Assembly (NCBI GenBank): GCA_963719085.1
Contig: CAVRAL010000001.1
Location: 704,001 to 768,000, forward strand
Length of the DNA: 64,000 nucleotides
DNA from: a candidate division FCPU426 bacterium
GTDB lineage: Bacteria; Oederibacteriota; Muellerivitia; Muellerivitales; Muellerivitaceae
Direction: 5' to 3'
Shown here: positions 39,019 through 48,464 of the stretch, one piece after another
Numbering within the stretch: position 1 is the stretch's first letter
How the letters are laid out: each line of letters starts with the position of its first letter
The notes under the pieces: generated by a model
Seen by the model: the letters and a program-made list of their open reading frames with translations, nothing else
What the model was told of the DNA's origin: nothing
Databases searched by the model: none
Translations under genes and position numbers: made by a program

Positions 39019-40007
39019 GCCAGAAAATCAGGGCCGGTTTTTTAGGAACGGGTTCCTATCTTCCCGAAAAAATCCTGACCAACAAGGACATGGAAAAAAT
39101 CGTCGACACCACCGATGAGTGGATCGTCACCCGTACCGGCATCCGGGAGCGTCACGTGGCCTCCGAAACCCAAGCCACCTCGGACCTGGCCACCGAAGCC
39201 GGCAAAAAAGCCCTGGCCGACGCCGGCCTAAAAGCTTCCGACATTGACCTGATTATCGTGGCCACCATTACCCCCGACATGCCCACGCCCTCCACCGCCT
39301 GCTTGGTTCAAAGCAAATTAGGCGCCACCAAAGCCGCGGCCTTTGACGTCTCGGCCGCCTGTTCGGGGTTTGTTTACGGCCTCTCCATCTCCAAAGCTTT
39401 CGTGGAAAGCGGGATGTATAAGAACATTCTTCTCATTGGCGCTGAAAAGCTGACGGCTTTCGTGGATTGGAAAGACCGGGCTTCCTGCGTTATTTTCGGC
39501 GACGGAGCCGGCGCCGCGGTGATTGGGCCTGTGGAAGCGGGAAAAAGGGAAATTTTATCCTCGTTCATGGTCGCCAACGGCAATGACGCCGATTTATTAA
39601 AAATTCCGGGCGGTGGAAGCCGAAACCCGTCCTCAACCAATTCGCTGGAACAGGGCATGCATTATTTGAAGATGCAGGGCAAAGAAACCTTCAAGGTGGC
39701 TGTGAAGGTCATGGAAGAGGCCACACTGGAAGCGCTTCGGCTGGCGAACTTAAATATGGACCAGATATCCCTAGTCATTCCACATCAGGCCAACCTTCGG
39801 ATTATCCAGTCGATCGGGGAGCGGATGCAGATTCCAGCGGAAAAAATGGTGGTGAACCTGGACCGGGTGGGCAATACTTCCGCCGCTTCGGTCATTGTGG
39901 CTTTGGACGAATGTGTGCGTACGGGCCGCCTGAAAAAAGGCGACGCGATTGTGCTGGTGGCTTTTGGCGCGGGAACAACCCTGGCTTCGGCCGTGGTTCA
40001 GTGGTAA
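39015..40007 (+). CDS. fabH: 3-oxoacyl-ACP synthase III
   Basis: AACSGF, PHQANLRII, GNTSAAS. Confidence 0.96.
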   Translation: MSQKIRAGFLGTGSYLPEKILTNKDMEKIVDTTDEWIVTRTGIRERHVASETQATSDLATEAGKKALADAGLKASDIDLIIVATITPDMPTPSTACLVQSKLGATKAAAFDVSAACSGFVYGLSISKAFVESGMYKNILLIGAEKLTAFVDWKDRASCVIFGDGAGAAVIGPVEAGKREILSSFMVANGNDADLLKIPGGGSRNPSSTNSLEQGMHYLKMQGKETFKVAVKVMEEATLEALRLANLNMDQISLVIPHQANLRIIQSIGERMQIPAEKMVVNLDRVGNTSAASVIVALDECVRTGRLKKGDAIVLVAFGAGTTLASAVVQW

Positions 40008-40011
40008 TCCC

Positions 40012-40938
40012 ATGACCCAGCGCGCGTTTGTTTTTCCGGGACAAGGATCGCAGGCGGTCGGCATGGGCAAGGACCTCTTTGAGGCTTTCGCCGAATGCCG
40101 GGAATTATTTGAGCGCGCCGATAAGGCGCTGGGTTTTTCGATCTCCAAGATTTGCTTTGAGGGTCCCGAAGACGACTTGAAAAAAACGGCCAATACCCAG
40201 CCGGCCCTTTTAGTGACTTCGATCGCGGCCCTGACCCAGCTTCAAAAAAAGGGAGTTGCCTTTAACGCCGTGGCGGGACATAGTCTGGGGGCTTATAGCG
40301 CTTTGGTCGCGGCGGAAGCGATTTCTTTTGAGGACGGCGTCAAGTTGGTTCGGCGCCGGGGTGAATTGATGGAGCAAGCGGGCGCGGGCAAAGGCACCAT
40401 GGCCGTGATCCTTAATTTGGATGAGGACAAGGTGCGCCAAGCGTGTGAAGAAGCCTCGTCCCTGGGCGTGGTGGAGCCGGCGAACGTGAATTGTCCGGGT
40501 CAAATTGTCATTTCCGGCGAGAAGGCCGCGGTTTTGGCGGCCTGTGAAAAAGCGAAAGCCCTGGGCGCCAAGCGGGCCATGGAGCTGGCCGTGAGCGGTC
40601 CTTTTCACAGCTCGCTCATGAAACAAGCGGCGGACGGATTAAAAGAAGCTTTAGGGTCGGTTCGATTGTCGGCGCCGAAAGTGACCTACTATTCGGATAT
40701 CGACGCCAAGACCATGCAAGACCCGGCCGTGATCGCCGAAAGCTTGGTGCGCCAGTTGGTGGCGCCGGTTCAATGGATCAAGACCATCGACGCCATGGGC
40801 CGGGAGGGCATCACGACTTTTGTGGAAGTGGGTTCGGGAAAAGTGTTGAATGGGCTCATCCGTAAGATCAACAAGGACGCCGTCATCTATAACGTCGGGG
40901 ACAGGCAAAGCCTCGCGGAAGCGGATCAATGGAAATGA
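40012..40938 (+). CDS. fabD: Malonyl-CoA:ACP transacylase
   Basis: FPGQGSQ, TQPAL, GHSLG, SGPFHS. Confidence 0.96.
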   Translation: MTQRAFVFPGQGSQAVGMGKDLFEAFAECRELFERADKALGFSISKICFEGPEDDLKKTANTQPALLVTSIAALTQLQKKGVAFNAVAGHSLGAYSALVAAEAISFEDGVKLVRRRGELMEQAGAGKGTMAVILNLDEDKVRQACEEASSLGVVEPANVNCPGQIVISGEKAAVLAACEKAKALGAKRAMELAVSGPFHSSLMKQAADGLKEALGSVRLSAPKVTYYSDIDAKTMQDPAVIAESLVRQLVAPVQWIKTIDAMGREGITTFVEVGSGKVLNGLIRKINKDAVIYNVGDRQSLAEADQWK

Positions 40939-41675
40939 AATTAAAAGATAAAGTCGCGGTCGTCACCGGCGGAAACCGGGGCATCGGAAAAGAAATCGCT
41001 TTGACCCTGGCGCGCGAAGGCGCCTCGGTGGCCCTCTGTGGAACCAATGAGGAAACGATCAAGGCGTCGGTGGCCGAGATCGAGGCTTTGGGCGTGAAGG
41101 CGTTGGGCGTCAAAGCCGATGTGTCGAAGGCCGCGGACGTTGAAAATTTCGTGACCCAGGTCATGACGGCTTTCGGCAAGATTGATATTTTGGTCAACAA
41201 CGCCGGAATCACCAAAGACAACCTTTTGCTTCGCATGGGCGAGGCCGAATGGGATGATGTGATCTCGATCAACCTCAAGAGCGCTTTTTTACTGACCAAA
41301 CTGATCGTGAAGCCCATGATGAAGGCCCGGCAGGGGCGGATCATCAATATGACCTCCATCGTGGGGGTGCGGGGCAACGCGGGCCAAGCCAATTACGCGG
41401 CCAGCAAGGCCGGGCTCATCGGCTTGACCAAGACGGTGGCGCGGGAATTCGCCAGCCGCAACATCACCTGCAACGCGGTGGCCCCCGGATTTATCCAGAC
41501 CGACATGACCCACGCTTTGGGCGATAAGGCGAAAGAAGAGTTGATGAAAGAAATTCCCCTGGGTTTTTTGGGGGAATCGAAAGATGTGGCAGCCGCCGTC
41601 TTGTTTTTGGCGTCGGAGGAGGCCCGGTATATCACGGGTCAAGTCCTTTGCGTCGACGGTGGAATGGTGATATAA
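40929..41675 (+). CDS. fabG: 3-oxoacyl-ACP reductase
   Basis: TGGNRGIG, NNAGITKD, NYAASKAG, VDGGM. Confidence 0.96.
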   Translation: MEMKLKDKVAVVTGGNRGIGKEIALTLAREGASVALCGTNEETIKASVAEIEALGVKALGVKADVSKAADVENFVTQVMTAFGKIDILVNNAGITKDNLLLRMGEAEWDDVISINLKSAFLLTKLIVKPMMKARQGRIINMTSIVGVRGNAGQANYAASKAGLIGLTKTVAREFASRNITCNAVAPGFIQTDMTHALGDKAKEELMKEIPLGFLGESKDVAAAVLFLASEEARYITGQVLCVDGGMVI

Positions 41676-41739
41676 GAAGGTGGTTTGAGACGGGAAGCGC
41701 GGGGGCGATGGATCCCCGTAATTTTTTAGGAGGTGGAGA

Positions 41740-41973
41740 ATGGCGACTGAAGATAAGGTGAAAGAAATCATTGTGGACCAATTGGGTGTGGAAGCCGATC
41801 AAGTGAAGCCGGAAGCCTCGTTCATCGACGATTTGGGCGCGGATTCCTTGGATACGGTCGAGCTGGTCATGGCCTTTGAGGAAGAATTTGACTTGGAAAT
41901 CCCGGACGAGGACGCCGAAAAGATTAAGACCGTTGGAAACGCGATCGATTACATCAAGTCGAAAGCTTCTTAA
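41740..41973 (+). CDS. acpP: Acyl carrier protein
   Basis: [20 protein letters not shown]. Confidence 0.98.
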   Translation: MATEDKVKEIIVDQLGVEADQVKPEASFIDDLGADSLDTVELVMAFEEEFDLEIPDEDAEKIKTVGNAIDYIKSKAS

Positions 41974-41999
41974 TCACTGACTGATTTTTGGAGGAAGCC

Positions 42000-43244
42000 T
42001 TGAAACGTGTGGTGGTCACCGGTTTGGGAGTGGTCGCGCCGACGGGAAATAACCCGGCCGATTTTTTCAAGAATATCTGCGACGGGGTCAGCGGGATTGG
42101 TTTAGTCACCCGCTTTGACGCGTCCCGGGTTGCCAGCAAGATCGGCGGCGAGGTCAAGCAATTTGACCCGGTCGCTTTTGGCATTGAGAAAAAAGACGTC
42201 AAGAAAACGGACTTATTCGTCCAGTTCGCCTTGGCGGCCAGCCTTCAAGCCATGAAAGATTCGGGATTGGATATGTCGAAGGAAGACTCGGCGCGGGTCG
42301 GTGTTTTAATCGGCTCGGGCATGGGTGGTCTTTCGACGTTGGAAAAGCAGCATACCCGGCTGGTTCAGGACGGACCGGATCGGGTGAGCCCTTTTCTCAT
42401 TCCCATGATGATCATCAATATGGCCTCCGGAATGGTTTCCATTTATTTGGGGGCCCGGGGACCCAACGTCTCCACGGTCTCCGCCTGCGCTTCCGGGGCC
42501 CACGCCATCGGGGAAGCCATGCGGTGGATTCAAAAAGGCGACGCGGATGTGGTGATCGCGGGCGGGGCCGAGGCTTGCATTACGGAGCTGGGTTACGCCG
42601 GTTTTTGCAACATGACCGCGCTTTGCATGGACTCGAATGAAAACCCGGCCAAGGGAAGCCGTCCCTTTGATAAAGCCCGTTCGGGCTTCGTCATGGGCGA
42701 AGGCGCCGGCATCGTGGTTTTGGAATCTTTGGAGCACGCGAAGTCCCGGGGCGCCAAGATTTACGCTGAGGCGGTCGGTTATGGCATGACCGCGGACGCT
42801 TATCACATGACCACGCCGGCGGAGAACGGAGAAGGGGCGGCCCGTTCCATGCAGTTGGCTTTGGACGACGCCAAACTGACCCCGAAGGACATCGGCTATA
42901 TCAACGCCCACGGAACGTCCACGCCTTATAACGATAAATTCGAGACGCTGGCGATCAAGACGGTTTTCAAGGAGCAGGCGGCGAAGGTTCCTGTTTCTTC
43001 CACCAAGTCGACCACGGGCCATTTGCTGGGCGCCGCGGGCGGCGTGGAGTTTATCGCCTGTACCCTGGCCATTCAAGAAGGCGTCCTTCCGCCGACGATC
43101 AACCAAGAAACACCGGATCCGGATTGTGATTTGGACTATATTCCCAACGTCAAACGGATGGCGCCGGTGGAGGTTTGCCTGTCGAACTCCCTGGGGTTTG
43201 GCGGCCATAATGTCTCGCTCATTGTTCGAAAATTTAATTCCTAA
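42000..43244 (+). CDS. fabF: 3-oxoacyl-ACP synthase II
   Basis: [32 protein letters not shown] after GGAGGA. Confidence 0.96.
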   Translation: MKRVVVTGLGVVAPTGNNPADFFKNICDGVSGIGLVTRFDASRVASKIGGEVKQFDPVAFGIEKKDVKKTDLFVQFALAASLQAMKDSGLDMSKEDSARVGVLIGSGMGGLSTLEKQHTRLVQDGPDRVSPFLIPMMIINMASGMVSIYLGARGPNVSTVSACASGAHAIGEAMRWIQKGDADVVIAGGAEACITELGYAGFCNMTALCMDSNENPAKGSRPFDKARSGFVMGEGAGIVVLESLEHAKSRGAKIYAEAVGYGMTADAYHMTTPAENGEGAARSMQLALDDAKLTPKDIGYINAHGTSTPYNDKFETLAIKTVFKEQAAKVPVSSTKSTTGHLLGAAGGVEFIACTLAIQEGVLPPTINQETPDPDCDLDYIPNVKRMAPVEVCLSNSLGFGGHNVSLIVRKFNS

Positions 43245-43287
43245 AAAAAAGTCAAGGTCTCCCGCTCGACTGAAGCCCCAAGTCGAC

Positions 43288-44037
43288 ATGGACCCCGCGC
43301 GCCTGAAACAGCTGCGCCGGTTTTCCAAAACCCTGCGGATTCCGTTGGGCGACGGCAAGCTTTTAAATGACGCCCTGACCCATAAATCCTATACCCATGA
43401 GCGCAAGATGCACGCCAATCTCCACAATGAAAAATTGGAGTTTTTAGGCGACTCAGTTTTGGGCCTGGTCATCAGCGAGCATGTGTTTGAGGCCTATCCG
43501 GAAGCCACCGAAGGCGGACTTTCCAAGGTGAAAAGCGTGGTCGTGAGCGCCCAAGTCTTGGGGGAAAAAGCCAAACTGATCAACCTGGGGGATTACCTTT
43601 TGCTGGGCAAGGGCGAGGAAAAATCCGGTGGAAAAAACCGGGCTTCCTTGTTGGCGGACGCCCTGGAGGCGGTTCTGGGGGCGGTTTATCTTTTGGGGGG
43701 ATTGGCGCCCGCAAAAAAACTGATCCTCAGCCTTTTAAAAGACGACGTGGATAACGTGTTTACCGGCCGGATGGAAAAGGATTATAAAACGCTTTTGCAG
43801 GAACACTTTCAAAAAACCCAAAAGACCGCGCCCCGCTATGAAATCGTCAAAGAGTGGGGCCCGGACCATGACCGCAACTTTGAGTCGGCCTGCGTCGTCA
43901 ACGGAAAAACCATCGGGGTGGGTGTCGGTAAAAGCAAAAAAGAAGCCGAACAGTTGGCGGCGCATGAGGCCATCCAAAAACTTCAAATCGTGGTTTCGAT
44001 TCCCAGCGACCATAAGATCAACCCGGTGAACGGCTAG
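43288..44037 (+). CDS. rnc: Ribonuclease III
   Basis: ALTHKSY, NEKLEFLGDSVL, ADALEA, dsRBD DYKT.LQE...SKKEAEQ; start uncertain (43210 possible). Confidence 0.95.
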   Translation: MDPARLKQLRRFSKTLRIPLGDGKLLNDALTHKSYTHERKMHANLHNEKLEFLGDSVLGLVISEHVFEAYPEATEGGLSKVKSVVVSAQVLGEKAKLINLGDYLLLGKGEEKSGGKNRASLLADALEAVLGAVYLLGGLAPAKKLILSLLKDDVDNVFTGRMEKDYKTLLQEHFQKTQKTAPRYEIVKEWGPDHDRNFESACVVNGKTIGVGVGKSKKEAEQLAAHEAIQKLQIVVSIPSDHKINPVNG

Positions 44038-44057
44038 ACGCAAGAAAAGGAAATGTC

Positions 44058-44312
44058 ATGGCGGCAAAGAACTTCGGCAGGGTCATTTTGTTGATCCTGG
44101 TGGGGGCCGTATTGGGAGGTTATGTGGGGGAGTTGCTGGGATTACTGATCCCTTCGGGCCTTTTCCACGACTTATTCACTAAAAGTTTTGACGTGGGATT
44201 GGACACGATGGTTTTAGACCTTCGCATCGTGGTTCTCACTTTTGGTTTTAAAATTTATATTAACCTCTGCAGTATCATTGGGATGGTCTCCGGGTTTATG
44301 GTTTCCCGTTGA
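44058..44312 (+). CDS. Small membrane protein, DUF4321-like
   Basis: GAVLG...GE, LDL....TFG..I.IN..SIIG pattern; directly upstream of maf. Confidence 0.7.
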   Translation: MAAKNFGRVILLILVGAVLGGYVGELLGLLIPSGLFHDLFTKSFDVGLDTMVLDLRIVVLTFGFKIYINLCSIIGMVSGFMVSR

Positions 44313-44887
44313 TGCGAAAGCTCATTCTGGCCTCCACCTCGCCGCGCCGCAAAAAAATCCTTAAATTCCTGGATGTTTCTTTTAAAAGCACGGCCCCCCG
44401 CGGTGTCACCGAAAATATGCGGATCGGGGAAGCGCCCCGCCGGTTGGTGGCGCGTTTGGCCTTGGAAAAAGCGCTTTCCGTTCATCGATTCCACAAAAAC
44501 CAATGGGTCTTAGGCGCGGATACCTTGGTGGTTCATCAGGAAAGGATCTATGGAAAACCTGGAAACGCGCGAGAAGCGCTCCGAAATTTACGCCGTTTCA
44601 GCGGCGCGGGGCATCAGGTTTTAACCGGAATGGCTTTAATCCCGCCGGGCGGCAAGGTTTGGATCGGCGTCGGAAAAAGCGTGGTTTATTTCAGGAAGCT
44701 TGGAAGAAACGAGCTGGCGGATTACGTCCGCACGTCCGAGCCTTACGATAAAGCCGGCGGTTATGATATCCGCGGCTCGGCGAGCCGGTGGATTCGTGGG
44801 TTGGAAGGGGATTATTTCAATGTGATGGGTTTGCCGGCCGCGATGCTTTTAAAAGCCTTGACCGAAACCGGATTCTTCAAAAAATAA
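44309..44887 (+). CDS. maf: Maf-family nucleoside triphosphate pyrophosphatase
   Basis: LILASTSPRR, GADT, GKP, DKAGGY, NVMGLP. Confidence 0.93.
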   Translation: MMRKLILASTSPRRKKILKFLDVSFKSTAPRGVTENMRIGEAPRRLVARLALEKALSVHRFHKNQWVLGADTLVVHQERIYGKPGNAREALRNLRRFSGAGHQVLTGMALIPPGGKVWIGVGKSVVYFRKLGRNELADYVRTSEPYDKAGGYDIRGSASRWIRGLEGDYFNVMGLPAAMLLKALTETGFFKK

Positions 44888-44894
44888 AAACCCA

Positions 44895-44944
44895 TTTAGC
44901 CACAAATGATTATTTGAGATACATCTGTATTTATCCGCGGCCAA
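44895..44944. repeat. Short degenerate family B-like palindrome between convergent genes (possible terminator role)
   Basis: TTAGCCACAAAT ... ATCTGTATTTATCCGCGGCCAA. Confidence 0.35.
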
Positions 44945-44965
44945 AAAAAGATTGGCTCTCTTATC

Positions 44966-46432
44966 TTAATTGAGGAAGGTTTTGACCTTCAGTTTTTGGC
45001 GTTGGTCATCCAAAAACGACTTCACCCATTGGTCTTGTTTGGCCGTAATCAATTGTTCTTGGGCTTGGGCCAGGTCCTTTTGCTTTTCCTTGTCCGAAAG
45101 AGGACGATCCTGGGCCTGCGTGATTTGGAAGAAACAATGGTCATCGCCCAAATCCAGTGGGCCCCGCCACTCACCCACATACAAGGCGGCCAAAGTCTGG
45201 CTGACGGCCGTCGAATCTTTGTATCCGGGAATGCCCGCGCCGGCGGTGAACCAGGCGGTGGTCTGGGTTTTCAGCTTTAACTCACCGGCGGCTTTGGCCA
45301 GGGGCTCTTTTTGCTCAAGCTTGATTGCCACTTGTTGGGCCAGGGCTGAAATTTCCTCCTGGGCCTTTTCCGATCGGTATTGGTCCAGCGCCTGGGAACG
45401 GACGCCCTCGAAAGTGCTGGTATAGGATTTTTCGTAATCCTCCAATTGCACGATGTGGTACCCGAATTGGGTTTTGAAGGGTTCGGAAATCTGGCCTTTT
45501 TTCAACTTGTCGAATATTTGATCCTCGAACTCTTTCACCATGGTTCCGCGGGTGGCCCAGCCTAGCTCGCCGCCTTGGGGCGCGGAGCCCGGGTCTTGGG
45601 AATACTTTTTAGCGGCGTCCGCAAAAGTTATTTTCCCCGACGAGATTTTTTCCCTTAAGTCCGAAAGCGTTTTTTGGACAGCCGCTTCCTCTTGCGGCGC
45701 GGCGCCGGCCTTCAAGGTGATCAGAATGTGGCGGGCTTTGGCCCTTTCAGGATGGTCGAATTGGGCTTTGTTGCTTTCGTAGTAGGACTTTAATTCGTCG
45801 ACGCTCGGCGTAATGGTTTTTTCATAGCTTTTCACGTTGAAGGACAGGATATCGGCCTTGAGGCTGCGGTTTAAAAGATCGGCGTAGTGGTCCACTTCCG
45901 CGGGGGAAAAGACAACGGCGTCCGCCAACACGGAGGTGATTTTTTGCGTGAGGAGCTGTTGTCTTTCGGATTGCTCATATATTTCGGGGGTGAGCTGATT
46001 TTTCTGGAGAATATCAAAGTAAATGTTTTTATCGAATTTACCGTTGCTTCCCATGAAATAAGGTTGGCGTTGGATCACGGCCGCGACTTCTTCCGTGGAT
46101 ACCGTAATGCGCAGTTTTTCGGCGGTTTGGTTCAAAATGGAAGTATTGATCAATTGGTCCAGAACTTCCTGGCGTAACTCGGTCATTTCCTCTGGGGAGG
46201 GAGCTTGGCCGGAGCTGCTGTAAAGCCGGTTGACCGCGGAGTCGTAAATCTGGTTGAGCTGATCAAAGGTGATTTTTTCTTTGCCCACCTTGGCCGCCAC
46301 ATTGGGATCGGTTTGATTGAGGCCCTGATATTTGGTTCCCACCGCGATAAAGACGAACCCCACCACAAAAGCGAAAATCAGTATCCAAAGAACGATGTGC
46401 ATGGTTTTCTTGTCGCGCAATGTCCGCATCAT
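44966..46432 (-). CDS. PpiD/SurA-like membrane-anchored peptidyl-prolyl isomerase
   Basis: N-terminal TM anchor, SurA-N-like region, parvulin ARHILI...SQDPGSA..GGELG...FKTQFGYHIV. Confidence 0.9.
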   Translation of the reverse strand: MMRTLRDKKTMHIVLWILIFAFVVGFVFIAVGTKYQGLNQTDPNVAAKVGKEKITFDQLNQIYDSAVNRLYSSSGQAPSPEEMTELRQEVLDQLINTSILNQTAEKLRITVSTEEVAAVIQRQPYFMGSNGKFDKNIYFDILQKNQLTPEIYEQSERQQLLTQKITSVLADAVVFSPAEVDHYADLLNRSLKADILSFNVKSYEKTITPSVDELKSYYESNKAQFDHPERAKARHILITLKAGAAPQEEAAVQKTLSDLREKISSGKITFADAAKKYSQDPGSAPQGGELGWATRGTMVKEFEDQIFDKLKKGQISEPFKTQFGYHIVQLEDYEKSYTSTFEGVRSQALDQYRSEKAQEEISALAQQVAIKLEQKEPLAKAAGELKLKTQTTAWFTAGAGIPGYKDSTAVSQTLAALYVGEWRGPLDLGDDHCFFQITQAQDRPLSDKEKQKDLAQAQEQLITAKQDQWVKSFLDDQRQKLKVKTFLN

Positions 46433-46605
46433 GAAAAGAGCCCTCCAATGGGGTTTGAATTAAATTTAAGCCGGTTTTAGGCCTTTTTTACCCTTTTAAG
46501 CTCGCGCATTATATCAATTTGTTTAATGAAGACAACGTTAAGTTAGGCGGGGCCTTGGCCCGAAAAGCGCGGAATGATTCAAACCATGAGGGCGCCGGCG
46601 CTTCG

Positions 46606-46636
46606 TTGACAGTCAAAAGGTTTATCGTGATATAAT
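46606..46636 (+). promoter_or_regulatory. Putative promoter (TTGACA; extended -10 TGATATAAT), divergent from a TGATATAAT on the minus strand at about 46508-46516
   Basis: TTGACA at 46606, TATAAT at 46631 (19-bp spacer), TGn extension. Confidence 0.55.
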
Positions 46637-46662
46637 CGCAAAAATCATTCGCCCCGGGTTTC

Positions 46663-48438
46663 ATGATCCAAAACAAAACCTTTCTTTACTCGATCATTTT
46701 CTACTTCCTTGTTCTTTTGATGGGATGGTCCACCTATTCTTTTGCCGGCAGCACCAGCACCTCGGGCGTTCCTTTTTTACAAATACCGGCGGGAGTGCGC
46801 GGCGCGGGCATGGGGCAGGCCTTTTCGGCGATGGCGGATGATCTGGGGGCCGCTTATTGGAACGCGGCGGGGTTCGCCCAAATCACGGATCCTGAAATTT
46901 CCCTCTCGCATATTTCCTATTTTGAAGGCATCGATTACGAATTTATCGGAGCCGCATTGCCCCTGGCTTCCGGCAGCACTTTGGGAATCACCGCGAATCT
47001 GGATTCGGTCGGGGATTTTAATTCGACCGGGAACCCTTCCGCCACGCCGGGAAGCGCTTTGGATTGGGATTTGGGGGTGGAATTAGGGCAAAGTTTTGGC
47101 GAGAATTTTTCCTTGGGGCTGGGGGCCAAGTTTATCAACAGTACCTTGGTTTCTTACAGCGCCACGGGGCAGGCGATTGACGCCGGGCTTCTGGTCTATA
47201 CCTCCCATAAAGAACTGACCCTGGGGCTGTCGGTTCAAAACGTCGGGCAAATATCCGGTTTCAACCAATTCGGCACCCAGGAAAAGCTGCCCACCACTTA
47301 CCGAGCCGGTCTCGCCTATCGATTGAGCCCGGAAGACCCCACCCATCTGGCGTTGGATGTGGACATCGAAAAACCCATTGACGATGATCCCATCTTGCAC
47401 GCCGGCGGGGAAGTGTGGGTCGATTTTCAGGGAATTTCGGTGGCCTTTCGCGGAGGCTACAGCTTCAACCCGTTGAACAGCGATTTAGGGGGGACCACCG
47501 GCGCTTCCGTCGGCGCGGGCGTGAAAGTTTCCCAGTTTGAGTTTGAGTACGCGCTGGTTCCTTTCGGCCTGCTGGGGGACAGCAACGAGTTTTCGATCAC
47601 CTATCGGTTTGAGCCCCCGTCCCAAGAAGCGGCCGCCGCGGCCTCGGCTGAAAAACCGGCGGTTTTGGACATTAAACCCCAGCTGGCGGATTACAAAACC
47701 GGGGCTTTACAGCAGGCGACCTTTGAAATTAAACCGCAGGCCCGGACTGAGATTAAAAACTGGAGCCTCGAAATCAGGGACCCGAGCGGAAATCTGTTGA
47801 GAACTTATTCCGGCAAGGGTGTGCCGCCCAAGCAAATCGCGTGGGACGGTAAAGACGCTTATGGACATGTGGTCCCACAAGGTATTTTCGCCAATTACAA
47901 TTTTAAGACCGAGGACGTTCAGGGCCAGCAATTGGTTTCGAGCAACCCTCTGTTTAAAATCAGCGGAGTGACCGAAGGAACCATCACCCCGGGCGTGATG
48001 ACGCCCCAATTGGCGGCCATGCTGGCGCAGGCCCAACCCGAGCCCATCTATGTCCCCGTGTTGCCGGAGCGAATCGAGCCCATGGGGCCTTCGGGCCAAG
48101 TGAAGATGCCGTCGGTGGGTTTTGCCGAAAACTCCAGCCGCTTGGATCCGGGCTATCTTATCTTTTTGGACCAGGTGGCCCAATATATCCGCAAATACCC
48201 GAACGCCCGGGTGTATATCGAAGGGCACGCCTCGGCCGATGAGCCGGTTCGGGACGCCCTTCAGTTATCCCAAAATCGGGCGGATTCGGTTTTAAGATAC
48301 TTGGTGGAGAAGGGTAAGGTTTCGCCGGGGAATCTTTACGCCCGCGGCCACGGCCGGGCGACGGACTCAACGGAAAGTGATTCGGAAATCGCGCACTTCA
48401 GGACCCGAAGTGTGGATATCATCATATTGACCAAATAA
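46663..48438 (+). CDS. PorV/PorQ-family beta-barrel fused to FlgD-Ig-like and OmpA C-terminal domains
   Basis: FLQIPAGVRGAGMGQAF.A.ADD..A.YWN.AG; IAWDGKD..G; IEGHA...LSQNRADSV..YL. Confidence 0.8.
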   Translation: MIQNKTFLYSIIFYFLVLLMGWSTYSFAGSTSTSGVPFLQIPAGVRGAGMGQAFSAMADDLGAAYWNAAGFAQITDPEISLSHISYFEGIDYEFIGAALPLASGSTLGITANLDSVGDFNSTGNPSATPGSALDWDLGVELGQSFGENFSLGLGAKFINSTLVSYSATGQAIDAGLLVYTSHKELTLGLSVQNVGQISGFNQFGTQEKLPTTYRAGLAYRLSPEDPTHLALDVDIEKPIDDDPILHAGGEVWVDFQGISVAFRGGYSFNPLNSDLGGTTGASVGAGVKVSQFEFEYALVPFGLLGDSNEFSITYRFEPPSQEAAAAASAEKPAVLDIKPQLADYKTGALQQATFEIKPQARTEIKNWSLEIRDPSGNLLRTYSGKGVPPKQIAWDGKDAYGHVVPQGIFANYNFKTEDVQGQQLVSSNPLFKISGVTEGTITPGVMTPQLAAMLAQAQPEPIYVPVLPERIEPMGPSGQVKMPSVGFAENSSRLDPGYLIFLDQVAQYIRKYPNARVYIEGHASADEPVRDALQLSQNRADSVLRYLVEKGKVSPGNLYARGHGRATDSTESDSEIAHFRTRSVDIIILTK

Positions 48439-48464
48439 ACTGTTCGAAGGCGAGGTGCAGCGTT

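Noticed and set aside
42306..43358. 350-aa minus-strand ORF
   Set aside because: Antisense shadow of fabF/rnc
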